A stretch of DNA of 64,000 bases. Source: a virus. Its lineage: Duplodnaviria; Heunggongvirae; Uroviricota; Caudoviricetes. The notes under the pieces are model-generated. The model was not told where the DNA came from, did no database searches, and saw only the letters and a list, made by a program, of their open reading frames with translations. The DNA lies in IMG/VR virus record IMGVR_UViG_3300006131_000005; one strand, given 5' to 3'. Both the position numbers and the translations under genes were made by a program. Shown here in pieces: positions 63,927 to 64,000 of the stretch. How positions within the stretch are numbered: position 1 is the stretch's first letter; each line of letters starts with the position of its first letter.

Positions 63927-64000
63927 CTCAACGACCTACTACACTCATTCAACTCAATATGACATAGGGGAGGTGCGAGATAAGCATACCCCCTTGGCAT

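Overview
This 64-kb window reads as one continuous, gene-dense tailed-phage genome segment (temperate, Firmicutes/Clostridia-like, roughly 50-60% GC, almost all genes on the + strand); I see no obvious host chromosomal genes. Working left to right, the window contains the following modules.
(1) Tail-fibre module, 1-4750 (includes the 3' end of a tail protein).
(2) A complete diversity-generating retroelement (DGR): a 957-aa Ig-repeat/C-type-lectin-fold target gene with a 3' variable region (~7486-7597), a cognate template repeat (~7764-7877) whose adenines mark almost every VR/TR mismatch, and a YMDD reverse transcriptase (8047-9270).
(3) An XkdW/XkdX-like pair plus a holin cluster (9173-10813), with no adjacent endolysin.
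(4) An AT-rich island carrying an ImmA/IrrE-like metallopeptidase next to a minus-strand tyrosine integrase (13138-14382).
(5) A ~45-kb plus-strand array of small genes. Most are individually bracketed by a conserved GAGCCC-loop-GGGCTC hairpin terminator and a conserved ~30-bp CACGCGAAAAACAC..CCTTTTATGGAG motif (more than 20 copies).
(6) Regulatory and early functions: an RNAP alpha-CTD-like protein, a Bro-N antirepressor-like protein, a three-member two-TM paralog family, a SleB-like cell-wall hydrolase, and a tRNA-like gene with an aberrant anticodon loop.
(7) A 1376-aa replicase that fuses an SF3 helicase, a primase-polymerase, a 3'-5' exonuclease and a family-B polymerase. Alongside it sit a degenerate HsdM-like methyltransferase (NPPF replaced by NYWF), a phage Dam methyltransferase, an SNF2-like helicase, an HD hydrolase interrupted by an in-frame TGA, and MazG, a HAD hydrolase and an auxiliary FolD.
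(8) Further downstream: an HslV-like Ntn-hydrolase cassette flanked by paralogous small genes, an SPFH protein, an iteron cluster (~59005-59350), VRR-NUC and PD-(D/E)xK nucleases, and a 927-aa protein with an ADFDGD motif plus a C-terminal HTH (candidate YonO-like single-subunit RNA polymerase).
The synteny tail -> lysis -> int -> early -> replication -> nucleotide metabolism -> putative packaging start suggests a circularly permuted phage genome with attP near the integrase.
Gene starts were refined by inspecting Shine-Dalgarno spacing. Coordinates of non-ORF features are approximate (+/- 3 nt), and there is at least one +/-1 inconsistency between the displayed text and the ORF track near 8046-8101. 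All family assignments are from motif-level reading only; no database search was possible.
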